A stretch of 64,000 bases of DNA from Minisyncoccota bacterium (lineage in GTDB: Bacteria; Patescibacteriota; Minisyncoccia; Phycocordibacterales; UBA9973). Numbering within the stretch: position 1 is the stretch's first letter; every line of letters starts with the position of its first letter. The notes beneath the pieces are model-generated. The model saw only the letters and a program-made list of their open reading frames with translations, had not been told where the DNA came from and ran no database searches. The stretch lies in assembly GCA_035491955.1 (NCBI GenBank), contig DATJJU010000003.1, positions 15,306 through 79,305 on the forward strand. The letters are read 5' to 3'. Shown one piece after another: positions 1 to 8,602 of the stretch. The position numbers and the translations under genes are program-made.

Positions 1-1
1 C

Positions 2-1153
2 AATGAATATGAGATCAAACCATTAACAAAACAACAGCTTGATCTCAAAATTGCTCAAGGAGATTTCGAAGCAAAGATATACAAGCAGGTCTACGATCTT
101 ATCGATATGCATTACGATGAAATTGAAGCAGCCAAGCCGCATGTTACAAAAAACAGCGCTGGATATTATCTGTGGAATGTCTGGGATAAAGAAAAACAAA
201 TTTTTGATCTGAATAAACTACTTGTCGGCGCACAAGGAACGCTGGGTCTGACAACCGAAGTAGAGATGGGACTTGTAGCAGTGCCAAAGTTTTCAAAAAT
301 GGTTGTCATGTATTTGCCAAGCATCGAAAAGCTCGGAGACATTGTTGATACTGTCATGAAATACGAACCAGAAAGTTTTGAATCATACGATGACTACAGC
401 ATGAAGCTGGCTATCAAATTCTCTTTTGATTTCTTTTCACAGCTTGGCTTTTGGGGTGCTATCAAACTAGGTATTCAATTTATTCCCGACTTATTTAAAG
501 TATTGATCGGCGGCGTACCAAAACTTATTCTTATGGCAGAAGTGACAGGCGATGATGAGCAAGAAGTTTTGAAGCGTGCCTACGATATTAAAAAAGCTGT
601 GAAGCCATTCAAATATCAAACACATGTGGCACATAGCGCAGCAGAGGTAGAGAAGTATTGGAAGATTCGCCGCGAAAGCTTCAATCTTTTGCGCAAGCAT
701 GTCAAAGGCAAGCAAACTGCGCCATTCATCGATGACATTATTGTCGATCCGCACAAAATGCCGGAATTCTTGCCCAAGCTTCAAGCTATTCTTGATCAAT
801 ATAAGCTTATATACACTATTGCGGGCCATGCCGGAAACGGTAATTTCCATATCATTCCATTGATGGATCTTAATAATCCTATTTCAGGCGATATCATTCT
901 TGAGCTCTCTAAAAAGGTCTACCACTTGGTGGCTGATTACGGAGGTTCTATTACCGCCGAACATAACGACGGCATTATCCGCACGCCTTTCCTGCCTTAT
1001 ATGTACAAGCCTGACATTATTCAGTATTTTGCCAAAATTAAGCAGATTTTCGACCCTCTCGATATATTCAACCCTGGAAAGAAGGTAGGAGGCTCTTTTG
1101 ACTATATTCAGCACCACCTTGTGCAGTCTCATAACACTGAGCACGGTTCTTAA
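2..1153 (+). CDS. FAD-linked oxidase, C-terminal portion (GlcD / D-lactate dehydrogenase family); 5' end lies outside the window
   Basis: Frame is open from nt 2 with no upstream stop; FAD-oxidase C-terminal motif HAGNGNFH (HAGDGNxH-like); stop at 1151-1153. Confidence 0.7.
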   Translation, partial: NEYEIKPLTKQQLDLKIAQGDFEAKIYKQVYDLIDMHYDEIEAAKPHVTKNSAGYYLWNVWDKEKQIFDLNKLLVGAQGTLGLTTEVEMGLVAVPKFSKMVVMYLPSIEKLGDIVDTVMKYEPESFESYDDYSMKLAIKFSFDFFSQLGFWGAIKLGIQFIPDLFKVLIGGVPKLILMAEVTGDDEQEVLKRAYDIKKAVKPFKYQTHVAHSAAEVEKYWKIRRESFNLLRKHVKGKQTAPFIDDIIVDPHKMPEFLPKLQAILDQYKLIYTIAGHAGNGNFHIIPLMDLNNPISGDIILELSKKVYHLVADYGGSITAEHNDGIIRTPFLPYMYKPDIIQYFAKIKQIFDPLDIFNPGKKVGGSFDYIQHHLVQSHNTEHGS

Positions 1154-1155
1154 TC

Positions 1156-1197
1156 CCATAGGTCTTTCCTATGGAGCTCCATAGGAAAGACCTATGG
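1156..1197. repeat. Perfect 42-bp palindrome (21-bp arms, no loop) immediately after the stop codon of the FAD oxidase gene
   Basis: ccataggtctttcctatggag / ctccataggaaagacctatgg are exact reverse complements; no U-tract follows. Confidence 0.8.
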
Positions 1198-1208
1198 TAG
1201 AGACGGGG

Positions 1209-1236
1209 TTGCAAAAACGGGGTTTTTCAGTATACT
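1209..1236 (+). promoter_or_regulatory. Putative sigma70-like promoter (TTGCAA-N16-TATACT) for rplY; the -10 ends 8 nt before the ATG, which implies a leaderless or near-leaderless mRNA
   Basis: Hexamers read directly; the same GTATACT -10 recurs 6-7 nt upstream of several other start codons. Confidence 0.45.
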
Positions 1237-1244
1237 AGGAGCCT

Positions 1245-1874
1245 ATGATTACCCTAGAAGCAAAGCAGCGCACAGGCTCTCCGGATGCCCTTCGCGCTCA
1301 AGAATTAATCCCGGCAGTGTATTACGGATCAGGCAAAGACGCTGTGTCTATTGCTGTTCCTGCACGGGAATTTACAAAAGTATTGAAAGAGGCGGGCGAA
1401 ACAACTGCTGTCACCCTTACTATTGGTAGTGAAAAGATCAGTACCCTTATCCATGACCTTCAGCGCAATCCTGTTGATGGCTCTGTGACTCATATCGACT
1501 TTTTGGTTATCGACATGAAGAAAGAAATCGAAGTGGCTGTGCCTATCGAATTCACGGGTCTTGCAGAAGCAGAAAAGAGTGGTCTTGGTACACTCGTGAA
1601 AGTTCTTCATGAAGTGCACGTATCAGCATTGCCTGCAGATTTGCCACACAATCTTGAAGTAGATGTTACTGGTCTCGCTACGCTTGAAGATCAGATCCAT
1701 GTGAAGAATATTTCACTTCCAAAAGGTGTCACTATGGTGACTGACGGCGAAGAAGTAGTAGCACTCGTTGCGCCATTCGTTGAAGAAAAAGAAGAAACAG
1801 CGCCTGTTGACCTCTCAGCTATCGAAGTAGAGAAGAAAGGCAAACAAGAAGAAGAGGGAACCGACGGAGAATAA
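1245..1874 (+). CDS. rplY: 50S ribosomal protein L25 / general stress protein Ctc (long form with acidic C-terminal tail)
   Basis: N-terminal LEAKQR...ELIPAVYYG...HDLQRNPV...VTHIDFL is the L25 signature; ~209 aa; acidic C-terminus. Confidence 0.85.
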   Translation: MITLEAKQRTGSPDALRAQELIPAVYYGSGKDAVSIAVPAREFTKVLKEAGETTAVTLTIGSEKISTLIHDLQRNPVDGSVTHIDFLVIDMKKEIEVAVPIEFTGLAEAEKSGLGTLVKVLHEVHVSALPADLPHNLEVDVTGLATLEDQIHVKNISLPKGVTMVTDGEEVVALVAPFVEEKEETAPVDLSAIEVEKKGKQEEEGTDGE

Positions 1875-1907
1875 ATAACTCCATCACAACCTTGTCAATA
1901 GATTTTT

Positions 1908-1931
1908 ATGTAAGACTCCTGGTATACTAGG
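1908..1931 (+). promoter_or_regulatory. 8-bp inverted repeat (agactcct/aggagtct) enclosing an extended -10 TGGTATACT, 14 nt upstream of the 1944 start
   Basis: Perfect inverted repeat seen directly; TGnTATACT extended -10 sits in the loop. Confidence 0.4.
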
Positions 1932-1943
1932 AGTCTTATTGTT

Positions 1944-3347
1944 ATGTCACAACACAAAACCAGAATAATACTAAGCCTCCTTCTTATACTCTCTGTTCCT
2001 ACCTCTATCATTCCGTTCTCTGCAACATCTGTGGCACATGCTCAAAGCACTACTTCAACGTCTACGCCAGCTGTTTGTACCAATCCAAGCAATGCTGATA
2101 TTGCGCAAGCCTGTGCCGACTATGCAGCAGAAAACAAAGTCTTAGCTCAACTTCAGGCTCAGTTAGCTGATCAGAAGAGTAAAAGCGGATCATTACAAAA
2201 GAATGTGAATGCATTGGTGTCTCAAATCACTGCTACACAAGCCAAAATTTCTGGTGAAATCAGCACTATCAACAGTCTCAGCTTGCAGATCGGCCAAAAG
2301 CAAAAAGCTATCAATGATTTGAACTCGCAGCTTGATCGCGAAAATGCTTCCATGGCACAACTTATCACTCGCACCGATGAACTCGACCAAAAAGGCGCGA
2401 CATATGTCCTTCTCAGCGCCGGCTCTATTTCCGACTTCTATCAAGATCTTGATGACTTCTTTTCTATCAAGCAGGATTTGTACTCTACATTGAACTATGT
2501 GAAGCAGATCAAAACCACTACTCAGACTCAAGAGCAACAGTTGCAGGACCAGCAGTCTCAAGCAGTCAATGCCAAAAATGCTCTTACCAGTGCCAAGGCT
2601 CAGCTTGCGGCTTCACAAAAACAGGCTCAACAGCTGCTTAACAATAGTAAATCAGCCGAACAAACCGAGGCTGCACTTGTTGCACAACAACAAGCCAAGG
2701 TTGCCGCTATCCAAAGCAAGCTCTTCAGCTTCGCCGGAGGTGCAACAGGAGCTATTCCGTTTAGTCAGGCTTATGCCTATGCAACGACTGCACAAAATGT
2801 TACCGGAGTGCCAGCAGCCTTCACATTGGCTATCCTTACTCAAGAATCTAATCTTGGTAAAAATGTCGGTACCTGTAATCGTGCCGGTGACCCTCCATCA
2901 AAAAGCTATGTCAATGTCATGAATCCTACCCGCGACCAGCCTATTTTCTTGAAAATTACTGCCGCTCTTGGTCTTGATCCAAACACTACGCCAGTCTCAT
3001 GTCCTATTGGCGGAGGCGGATGGGGAGGTGCTATGGGTCCTGCTCAGTTTATTCCCTCTACATGGCAGCTTATTGCTCCTCAGGTGGCCTCTGCGCTTGG
3101 TGAAGGCACTGCGAACCCTTGGAATGCTCGAGATGCTATTGTAGCTGCTGCTGTATACCTCAAAGCTCGCGGAGCAGACAACAATGCCACAAATCAGCGT
3201 AATGCGGCATGTAAGTATTACTCTGGGCGTTCTTGTGACGGCAAATCGCCGCCAAATAGCTTCTATGGAAACAGTGTTATGACGCTTACCCGAAGTATCC
3301 AGGCAGATATTGACTATTTGGTACAATATGGTGTTTCGAAGCGCTAA
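1944..3347 (+). CDS. Secreted coiled-coil protein with C-terminal family-3 (MltB-like) lytic transglycosylase domain
   Basis: Signal peptide; ~200 aa Q/A-rich heptad region; C-terminal TQESNLG ... GAMGPAQFIPSTW resembles the MltB GAMGQxQFMPSS motif. Confidence 0.6.
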   Translation: MSQHKTRIILSLLLILSVPTSIIPFSATSVAHAQSTTSTSTPAVCTNPSNADIAQACADYAAENKVLAQLQAQLADQKSKSGSLQKNVNALVSQITATQAKISGEISTINSLSLQIGQKQKAINDLNSQLDRENASMAQLITRTDELDQKGATYVLLSAGSISDFYQDLDDFFSIKQDLYSTLNYVKQIKTTTQTQEQQLQDQQSQAVNAKNALTSAKAQLAASQKQAQQLLNNSKSAEQTEAALVAQQQAKVAAIQSKLFSFAGGATGAIPFSQAYAYATTAQNVTGVPAAFTLAILTQESNLGKNVGTCNRAGDPPSKSYVNVMNPTRDQPIFLKITAALGLDPNTTPVSCPIGGGGWGGAMGPAQFIPSTWQLIAPQVASALGEGTANPWNARDAIVAAAVYLKARGADNNATNQRNAACKYYSGRSCDGKSPPNSFYGNSVMTLTRSIQADIDYLVQYGVSKR

Positions 3348-3378
3348 TCTGACCACTTGAAATCCTTTAGAACTATGC

Positions 3379-3384
3379 TACAAT
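3379..3384 (+). promoter_or_regulatory. -10 box TACAAT 9 nt upstream of the rpmE ATG (short or no leader)
   Basis: Hexamer read directly; no SD sequence between it and the start codon. Confidence 0.35.
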
Positions 3385-3393
3385 AGCTCCACT

Positions 3394-3651
3394 ATGAAAA
3401 AAGACATTCATCCAAGCAATTTCCGTGACGTGGTATTCCACGATAACTCCTCTGGGGCGGAATTTGTCATTGCTTCTACAGTAAAGACATCTGAAACTAC
3501 CACGCATAAGGGCAAGGAATATCCATTGTTTCGCGTAGAAATCTCAAGTGCCTCTCATCCGTTTTATACTGGTACTGAAAAGGTTATCGACACTGCTGGA
3601 CGCGTTGATCGCTTCAACAAGCGCCGTGCAGCTTCTGCTACAAAGAAATAA
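3394..3651 (+). CDS. rpmE: 50S ribosomal protein L31 (non-zinc, type B-like; no CxxC)
   Basis: MKKDIHP start and HPFYTG motif typical of L31; 85 aa. Confidence 0.9.
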   Translation: MKKDIHPSNFRDVVFHDNSSGAEFVIASTVKTSETTTHKGKEYPLFRVEISSASHPFYTGTEKVIDTAGRVDRFNKRRAASATKK

Positions 3652-3662
3652 ATTCTATAATA

Positions 3663-3746
3663 GTTGCGATTGTCGCAAAACACTTCCAAAAGGCCAGACC
3701 CCGCCCAGACCCCCTTTGGAAGTGTTTGTGCTTTAATCGCAGCAAC
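3663..3746. repeat. REP-like compound palindrome, ~12-14-bp stem around an 18-nt C-rich loop (CCAGACCCCGCCCAGACC), between rpmE and prfA
   Basis: aaacacttccaaaagg ... cctttggaagtgttt inverted repeat with outer gttgcgatt / aatcgcagcaac arms; the loop shares CAGACCCCG with the palindromes flanking the transposase at 35.1 kb. Confidence 0.6.
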
Positions 3747-3751
3747 ATCAT

Positions 3752-4687
3752 ATGGATCTAGAAACATTAAAAAAGAATCCTAAGACCCAATATCTCGCAG
3801 AACAATACGAGCGTCTTTTGCAACAGGAGGAAGAAACAAAAGCATTGATTGAAAGCGATCCTTCTATGAAAGAAATGGCGGAAGAAGAAATGAATGCTAT
3901 CGCTATTCAAAAAACTGCTATCGAAGAACAAATTGCTGCTATTGAAACATCTGAGAAAGAAGAAGAGGAATTTCCTAATGAAATTATTTTGGAAGCGCGT
4001 GCTGGCGCCGGTGGAGATGAAGCAGCACTCTTCGCGCAGCAATTGGTAGAAATGTACACCCGCTATGCTGAATCAAAAGGCTGGAGCGTCAAGATTATTG
4101 ATGACATGACGCTCGAAATAAAAGGAAAGGACGTCTATAAATTGCTTCGCTTTGAAACAGGCGTTCATCGCGTACAGCGCGTGCCTGTGACAGAAAAGAA
4201 TGGCCGCATTCATACCTCTACTGCTTCTATTGCCATCTTGCCAATCCGCAAGAAAGTGAAATTTGAAATTAATCCGGCAGACTTGGATATGGAGTACTCT
4301 CGTTCAGGGGGAGCGGGCGGACAAAATGTGAACAAGGTGGAGACAGCCGTGCGTCTTATTCACAAACCGACAGGTATTGATGTTCGTTCAACGAGTGAGC
4401 GTAGCCAGTTGGCAAACCGTGAGAAGGCTATGGCTATTTTGACGGCTAAACTTCAACAAAAGAAAGAGGAAGAAGAAGCCAAGAAATATGCCGGTGATCG
4501 TAAAAATCAGATTGGTACCGCTGATCGTAGTGAAAAAATCCGTACCTATAACTTCCCACAAGATCGCGTGACTGATCACCGTATCCGCCAAAATTTCTCT
4601 AACCTTGAAGGTATTATGCTCGGTAAGCTGGATAAGATTATTGATGCAATGCAGAGCGGGGAAGTCGGCGAGGCAGAGGAGGAATAA
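3752..4687 (+). CDS. prfA: Peptide chain release factor 1 (RF1-type, short N-terminal domain)
   Basis: GGQ motif (SGGAGGQNV), RF1-type PxT tripeptide (PVT) in [17 protein letters not shown]; 311 aa, about 45 aa shorter at the N-terminus than E. coli RF1. Confidence 0.85.
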   Translation: MDLETLKKNPKTQYLAEQYERLLQQEEETKALIESDPSMKEMAEEEMNAIAIQKTAIEEQIAAIETSEKEEEEFPNEIILEARAGAGGDEAALFAQQLVEMYTRYAESKGWSVKIIDDMTLEIKGKDVYKLLRFETGVHRVQRVPVTEKNGRIHTSTASIAILPIRKKVKFEINPADLDMEYSRSGGAGGQNVNKVETAVRLIHKPTGIDVRSTSERSQLANREKAMAILTAKLQQKKEEEEAKKYAGDRKNQIGTADRSEKIRTYNFPQDRVTDHRIRQNFSNLEGIMLGKLDKIIDAMQSGEVGEAEEE

Positions 4688-4692
4688 AAAGC

Positions 4693-4770
4693 TGCGGACT
4701 TTCCAAACATATTCCCAAAAGGCCAGACCCCGCCCATACCCCTTTTGGAAACATGTTTGTCCGGTTTTTG
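4693..4770 (+). terminator. REP-like palindrome with the same CCAGACCCCGCCCATACC loop, followed by a T-run; probable prfA terminator
   Basis: caaacat...ccaaaagg / ccttttgg...atgtttg stem, then gtccggtttttg; near-copy of the 3663-3746 element. Confidence 0.55.
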
Positions 4771-4771
4771 C

Positions 4772-4799
4772 TTGAAAAATAGCAAAAATTTGGTATAGT
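4772..4799 (+). promoter_or_regulatory. Promoter TTGAAA-N16-TATAGT (extended -10 TGgTATAGT) about 16 nt upstream of tRNA-Ile
   Basis: Consensus-like hexamers with 16-nt spacing, read directly. Confidence 0.55.
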
Positions 4800-4815
4800 T
4801 ATTCAGCCATTAATT

Positions 4816-4888
4816 GCGTGTATAGTTCAGTGGTAGAACGCTGTCCTGATAAGACAGAGGTCCTTGGTCCGATTCCAAGTACACGCAC
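4816..4888 (+). tRNA. tRNA-Ile (anticodon GAU); CCA not encoded
   Basis: Manual cloverleaf: acceptor GCGTGTA/TACACGC, D-arm GTTC..GAAC, anticodon stem CTGTC/GACAG with loop CTGATAA, T-arm CTTGG-TCCGATT-CCAAG, discriminator A. Confidence 0.85.
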
Positions 4889-4891
4889 AAA

Positions 4892-4921
4892 TAAAAAGGC
4901 ACCTCTTTTAAAGAAGTGCCC
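4892..4921 (-). terminator. Rho-independent terminator for the minus-strand small gene (hairpin plus T-run on the minus strand)
   Basis: ggcacctcttt/aaagaagtgcc stem (one mismatch) preceded by AAAAA on the plus strand. Confidence 0.5.
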
Positions 4922-4938
4922 TTCAAAGCCATACAGCT

Positions 4939-5124
4939 TCACAATGCTTTTTGTCTTCGCTTAGGAAGGGAGCCAACACCTATTACGATGATAACAGCTC
5001 CTGTGATGATAAAAAGTCCTTTGTTTTGACTAAATGAATTTGTTAATAAATCAGGCGCGGCGGCTGATAAAACCAGACATACGGCACCCGCTACAACTGC
5101 GATAACGGAAATGAGCTTTCTCAT
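4939..5124 (-). CDS. Small hypothetical membrane protein (2 predicted TM helices)
   Basis: 61-aa ORF with two hydrophobic stretches and a basic C-terminus; terminator downstream. Confidence 0.4.
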   Translation of the reverse strand: MRKLISVIAVVAGAVCLVLSAAAPDLLTNSFSQNKGLFIITGAVIIVIGVGSLPKRRQKAL

Positions 5125-5162
5125 GGCGGGGAAGAATTAAGTTTTTTTAAATATAGCACTTA

Positions 5163-5191
5163 TTTACAAAAAGTCAAATATACTGTATAAT
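5163..5191 (+). promoter_or_regulatory. Promoter TTTACA-N17-TATAAT whose -10 ends 7 nt before the rsmI ATG (leaderless)
   Basis: Hexamers read directly; no SD sequence. Confidence 0.5.
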
Positions 5192-5198
5192 ATTTCTC

Positions 5199-5882
5199 AT
5201 GAATCTCTCAATTGTCGCTACACCTATAGGCAATCTTGCAGACTGTTCGCCGCGAGCGAAAGAAGTGCTTGCTCAAGCAACGCTTATTATTGCTGAAGAT
5301 ACTCGCACAACAGGGCAGCTTTTAAAATTGCTTGGCATAGAGGGGAAGAAAGAATTCGTTTCTTCACACGCTCAAAGTTCAGACGTTTCTTTACAAAAGA
5401 CATTGGAGCGTTGCAAAGAGCATGAATATATTGCCTTAGTGACTGATGCCGGTACGCCTGCTATTTCTGATCCAGGATCATTCTTCATTAAACATTTTCG
5501 TACTATGTATCCAGAGGCTGCCATTGTACCTATACCCGGCCCATCAGCCGTTATTGCAGCACTTTCTGTTTCAGGTTTTCCCGCTAGCCATTTTGAATTT
5601 CTTGGTTTTATTCCACATAAAAAGGGCCGTCAGACGCTCTTCGCCTCACTTGCAGGTAAAGAACATACTGTCGTGTTGTACGAGTCTCCGCATCGTATTT
5701 TGAAAACATTGGAGTCACTGTCAGAAGTACTCGGTGATCGTCTTGTGATGGTGGGCAGGGAGATGACAAAACAGTTTGAAGAGTATCCAATAAACACTGC
5801 TAAAATGCTCCTAGACTACTACACAGAGCATTCTGACAAGGTCAGAGGGGAATTCGTCATCGTCATAAGTCCTATGGTATAA
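5199..5882 (+). CDS. rsmI: 16S rRNA (cytidine1402-2'-O)-methyltransferase RsmI (tetrapyrrole-methylase fold)
   Basis: N-terminal VATPIGNLAD ... IAEDTR ... VTDAGTPAISDPG motifs. Confidence 0.85.
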   Translation: MNLSIVATPIGNLADCSPRAKEVLAQATLIIAEDTRTTGQLLKLLGIEGKKEFVSSHAQSSDVSLQKTLERCKEHEYIALVTDAGTPAISDPGSFFIKHFRTMYPEAAIVPIPGPSAVIAALSVSGFPASHFEFLGFIPHKKGRQTLFASLAGKEHTVVLYESPHRILKTLESLSEVLGDRLVMVGREMTKQFEEYPINTAKMLLDYYTEHSDKVRGEFVIVISPMV

Positions 5883-5889
5883 TAGGCCC

Positions 5890-6108
5890 ATGATCGGGAA
5901 ATTACGAATCCTATTTTGGCTGGGCGTACTCATGCTTTTCTTGCCTTTTTTGGGTATTCCTAATACTTGGAAAACCATTATTGCTGTTATTATCGGCATT
6001 GCTCTAATTGCTCTTTCTATACTCTTGCGAAGAAAATATCGCAGCTTGCGTCACATGATTCGCACCTTAGAACATAGTGTTATCGAACAGCCAATTCACC
6101 ATGAGTAA
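5890..6108 (+). CDS. Small hypothetical membrane protein
   Basis: 72-aa ORF with two hydrophobic helices, between rsmI and ctpA. Confidence 0.4.
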   Translation: MIGKLRILFWLGVLMLFLPFLGIPNTWKTIIAVIIGIALIALSILLRRKYRSLRHMIRTLEHSVIEQPIHHE

Positions 6109-7396
6109 TGAAGAACAGACACAACTAAAAACGACAAAAATTCCTAAGCACGTAAAGCTTGGCTTGCGTATTTTGAGCGGAGTAATAATAGTAGCCGCAG
6201 TATTTCTTGGTGGAGTGTATATTGGCTATGACAATCGTCCTGCATTTGCCAGTGTGACCAGTATCGTACACCCACAAGCTGCTACTTCTAGTATTACGCC
6301 CGTGACAAGTAATAACGAGGACCTTAGCCAGTTTTGGAAGGCATGGCAGCTGGTGAATGAAAACTTCGCTCCTGCACCAAATGCTCCGAAGATCAGTGAT
6401 CAAGATCATATTTATGGTGCTATTCAAGGCCTCGTATCGTCATTTGGTGACCCTTATACGGACTTTTTCCCGCCATCAGAGAATAACCAATTCCAAGCCC
6501 AAATTGCTGGTTCATTCAGTGGTATCGGCATTCAAATAGGGGAGAAAGATGGCTTGCTTACTGTTATTGCTCCATTGAAGGGTACTCCAGCTGAAGCGGC
6601 AGGTATTAAGGCAGGGGATGTCATTACTAAGATCGGTGATACTAATACAAGCAATATTACCGTTGATCAGGCAGTCAGCATGATTGAAGGCAAGAGCGGC
6701 ACGACTGTTACGCTGACATTGGCGCGCCAGGGTACAAGTACTCCTATAGTGCTCACTATTACTCGTCAGACTATCAATCTCCCTACAGTAGATACAGAAA
6801 CTCGTTCAGACAAGGGCGTATTTATTATTCACTTCTACAGTTTCTCAGAAAATTCTCCTACACTCTTCAAGCAGGCTCTTAATACCTATCTTGCTTCTGG
6901 TTACCATAATCTTCTGCTCGATCTTCGTGGAAATCCAGGCGGTTATCTCGATGCAGCAGTGCAAATCGGTAGTGAATTTATTCCGCAGGGACAAACTATC
7001 GTGAAAGAGATCGGCAAGGATCCAAAAGATGTGACAGTACATACTAGTACCGGCCCTGTGCTATTTCCAAAAGGCGATAAGCTCGTCGTCTTGGCTGACC
7101 AAGGCTCAGCCTCTGCCGCAGAAATCTTAGCAGGAGCACTCAGTCAGGATAATATCGGTACATTGGTGGGTGCGCAGACATTCGGCAAAGGATCTGTCCA
7201 AGAAGTTATTCCGCTCGACAATGATACTTCACTAAAGGTCACCGTTGCTCACTGGTATACGCCAAATGGTACTTCTATCTCTGCCAAAGGTCTTACGCCG
7301 CAAGTATTGATCCCATTTGATCCAACAGCGAAGACAGACACGCAGCTTGAGAAGACTGTAGATATGTTTCCAACACTCCCGAACCCTAATCGTTAA
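6101..7396 (+). CDS. ctpA: Carboxyl-terminal processing protease (S41 family, PDZ-containing); an alternative GTG start lies at 6077
   Basis: N-terminal TM anchor; PDZ GIKAGDVITKIGD; S41 LDLRGNPGGYL. Confidence 0.85.
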   Translation: MSNEEQTQLKTTKIPKHVKLGLRILSGVIIVAAVFLGGVYIGYDNRPAFASVTSIVHPQAATSSITPVTSNNEDLSQFWKAWQLVNENFAPAPNAPKISDQDHIYGAIQGLVSSFGDPYTDFFPPSENNQFQAQIAGSFSGIGIQIGEKDGLLTVIAPLKGTPAEAAGIKAGDVITKIGDTNTSNITVDQAVSMIEGKSGTTVTLTLARQGTSTPIVLTITRQTINLPTVDTETRSDKGVFIIHFYSFSENSPTLFKQALNTYLASGYHNLLLDLRGNPGGYLDAAVQIGSEFIPQGQTIVKEIGKDPKDVTVHTSTGPVLFPKGDKLVVLADQGSASAAEILAGALSQDNIGTLVGAQTFGKGSVQEVIPLDNDTSLKVTVAHWYTPNGTSISAKGLTPQVLIPFDPTAKTDTQLEKTVDMFPTLPNPNR

Positions 7397-7400
7397 ATCT

Positions 7401-7844
7401 ATGAAAGTTATATTATTAAAATCAGTTCCAAAAGTCGGTAAGAAAGACGATATTGTTACCGTTGCTGATGGGTATGGTCAGAATGTGCTGTTGCCGAAGC
7501 GCATGGCTGTTGTTGCAACTGAGCAGGCTGTTGCTGCATTGAAGCGTACTCAGCAAAACAATGTTACTAAAAAAGAAATCCAACATAGCCTTCTTGATAA
7601 GGCTATTGATGAAGTCATAAACAAGACACTTACATATAAGGTAAAGACTAATGAGAAGGGAAGTCTTTTCTCTAAAATAGATGAACGTGATATCAGCAAA
7701 GCTCTTTTTGATCAACATCGTGTCGATATTGATCCTAAATTACTGACTATTGAAGGCGGAGCAATAAAAGAAATCGGCAGCTATACCGTGACTGTAAAAG
7801 AGGGAAGCTATACGAATAGTTTTACGCTAGAGGTTACGAAATAA
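7401..7844 (+). CDS. rplI: 50S ribosomal protein L9
   Basis: MKVILLKSVPKVGKKDDIVTVADGYGQNVLLPK matches the L9 N-terminus. Confidence 0.9.
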   Translation: MKVILLKSVPKVGKKDDIVTVADGYGQNVLLPKRMAVVATEQAVAALKRTQQNNVTKKEIQHSLLDKAIDEVINKTLTYKVKTNEKGSLFSKIDERDISKALFDQHRVDIDPKLLTIEGGAIKEIGSYTVTVKEGSYTNSFTLEVTK

Positions 7845-7878
7845 AAAAGCGACACCGGAACGGTGTCGCTTTTTTATT
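7845..7878. terminator. Bidirectional rho-independent terminator between rplI (+) and rpmA (-)
   Basis: agcgacaccg-gaa-cggtgtcgct hairpin flanked by an A-run and a T-run. Confidence 0.8.
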
Positions 7879-8161
7879 ATCCTCGTGTCTCCTGAATACT
7901 TACTACCTTACGAACAGTAGTGGTTCCGTCAAAGTTGCCTTTGCGCTTTTGTGAGAATTTCACAAAGCCAGGCTTCATTGCAAAGAGGGTATGGTCCTTG
8001 CCCATGCCAACTGCCTTGCCAGCCAAGATCTTAGTACCGCGCTGACGCACGATAATAGAACCAGCCAATGCCTTCTGTCCGTCATAAAGCTTAGTACCTA
8101 GATACTGTGGATTGGAATCCGTTAGGTTTTTTGCTGCTCCTTGAGCCTTCTTATGTGCCAT
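7877..8161 (-). CDS. rpmA: 50S ribosomal protein L27 (start placed at the MAHKK methionine, not the upstream ORF-track M)
   Basis: [12 protein letters not shown]...SNPQYLG...IIVRQRGTK...GKDHTLFA is the L27 signature. Confidence 0.9.
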   Translation of the reverse strand: MAHKKAQGAAKNLTDSNPQYLGTKLYDGQKALAGSIIVRQRGTKILAGKAVGMGKDHTLFAMKPGFVKFSQKRKGNFDGTTTVRKVVSIQETRG

Positions 8162-8170
8162 AGTGGTACC

Positions 8171-8200
8171 ATCATAGCCCAGAGTCACAACTATGTCAAT
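8171..8200 (-). promoter_or_regulatory. Minus-strand promoter TTGACA-N18-TATGAT whose -10 ends about 9 nt before the rpmA ATG
   Basis: Reverse complement of tgtcaa (8195-8200) and atcata (8171-8176). Confidence 0.45.
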
Positions 8201-8214
8201 AAAGGCTTTTTGGG

Positions 8215-8220
8215 GTATAC
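8215..8220 (+). promoter_or_regulatory. -10 box TATACT (GGGGTATACT) 7 nt before the 8228 ATG (leaderless)
   Basis: Same GTATACT-N6/7-ATG arrangement as at rplY, 10056(-), 19492(-), 20614(-). Confidence 0.45.
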
Positions 8221-8227
8221 TAGAGCC

Positions 8228-8602
8228 ATGCAGACCTTTATTTCCCGATACTATCAGCCTCTGTTTGCCCTGATTTTGGTCTTTATTATTGGCTTTGCTT
8301 TCTATGCTGGCTTTCTAGAAGGGAAGAGTACCCCTAGTCAGCAAGTTGTCCTATCTTGCAAAGAAAACATTTTAAGTAAATTGTCAATACCTCTGGAAAA
8401 ACTAGCAAATTTGCAAACTGCGGACGCCGCTAGCACGGCTATGGCGCATCAAGGCGGGGCATATGTCGGATCAAAGAACGGTACGAAATACTATCCATCC
8501 GCTACCTGCAGTGCAGTGAAGCGTATCAAGCCGGAGAATTACCTCTGGTTCAATAGTGCAGAAGATGCTCAAATACAAGGGTACACCCCAGGAAAATGTT
8601 AA
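8228..8602 (+). CDS. Hypothetical membrane-anchored protein with a Cys-containing C-terminal ~45-aa domain (start moved to the in-frame ATG downstream of the rpmA promoter)
   Basis: Signal-anchor helix; C-terminal [11 protein letters not shown]...[17 protein letters not shown] with conserved-looking Cys/aromatic spacing. Confidence 0.5.
   Translation: MQTFISRYYQPLFALILVFIIGFAFYAGFLEGKSTPSQQVVLSCKENILSKLSIPLEKLANLQTADAASTAMAHQGGAYVGSKNGTKYYPSATCSAVKRIKPENYLWFNSAEDAQIQGYTPGKC

Noticed and set aside
166-1159. Antisense or embedded ORFs (166-357, 491-850, 884-1159 and many similar ones inside larger genes throughout the window)
   Set aside because: They are fully nested in well-supported genes on the opposite strand or in another frame, and have no motifs or translation signals.
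1237-1241. AGGAG after the TATACT box as a Shine-Dalgarno site for rplY (similarly at 8221-8225)
   Set aside because: It lies only 2-3 nt from the ATG, too close for an SD. A -10 element of a leaderless promoter explains it better.
4816-4888. Possibility that the tRNA is tRNA-Ile2 (lysidine, CAU) or a pseudogene
   Set aside because: The anticodon loop reads CTGATAA, giving GAU, and all four arms pair canonically. Only the CCA end is missing from the DNA, which is common.
8141-8227. Upstream extension of the 8228 gene (ORF-track start 8141)
   Set aside because: It would overlap the rpmA start codon and its promoter on the other strand. An in-frame ATG with a TATACT -10 exists at 8228.
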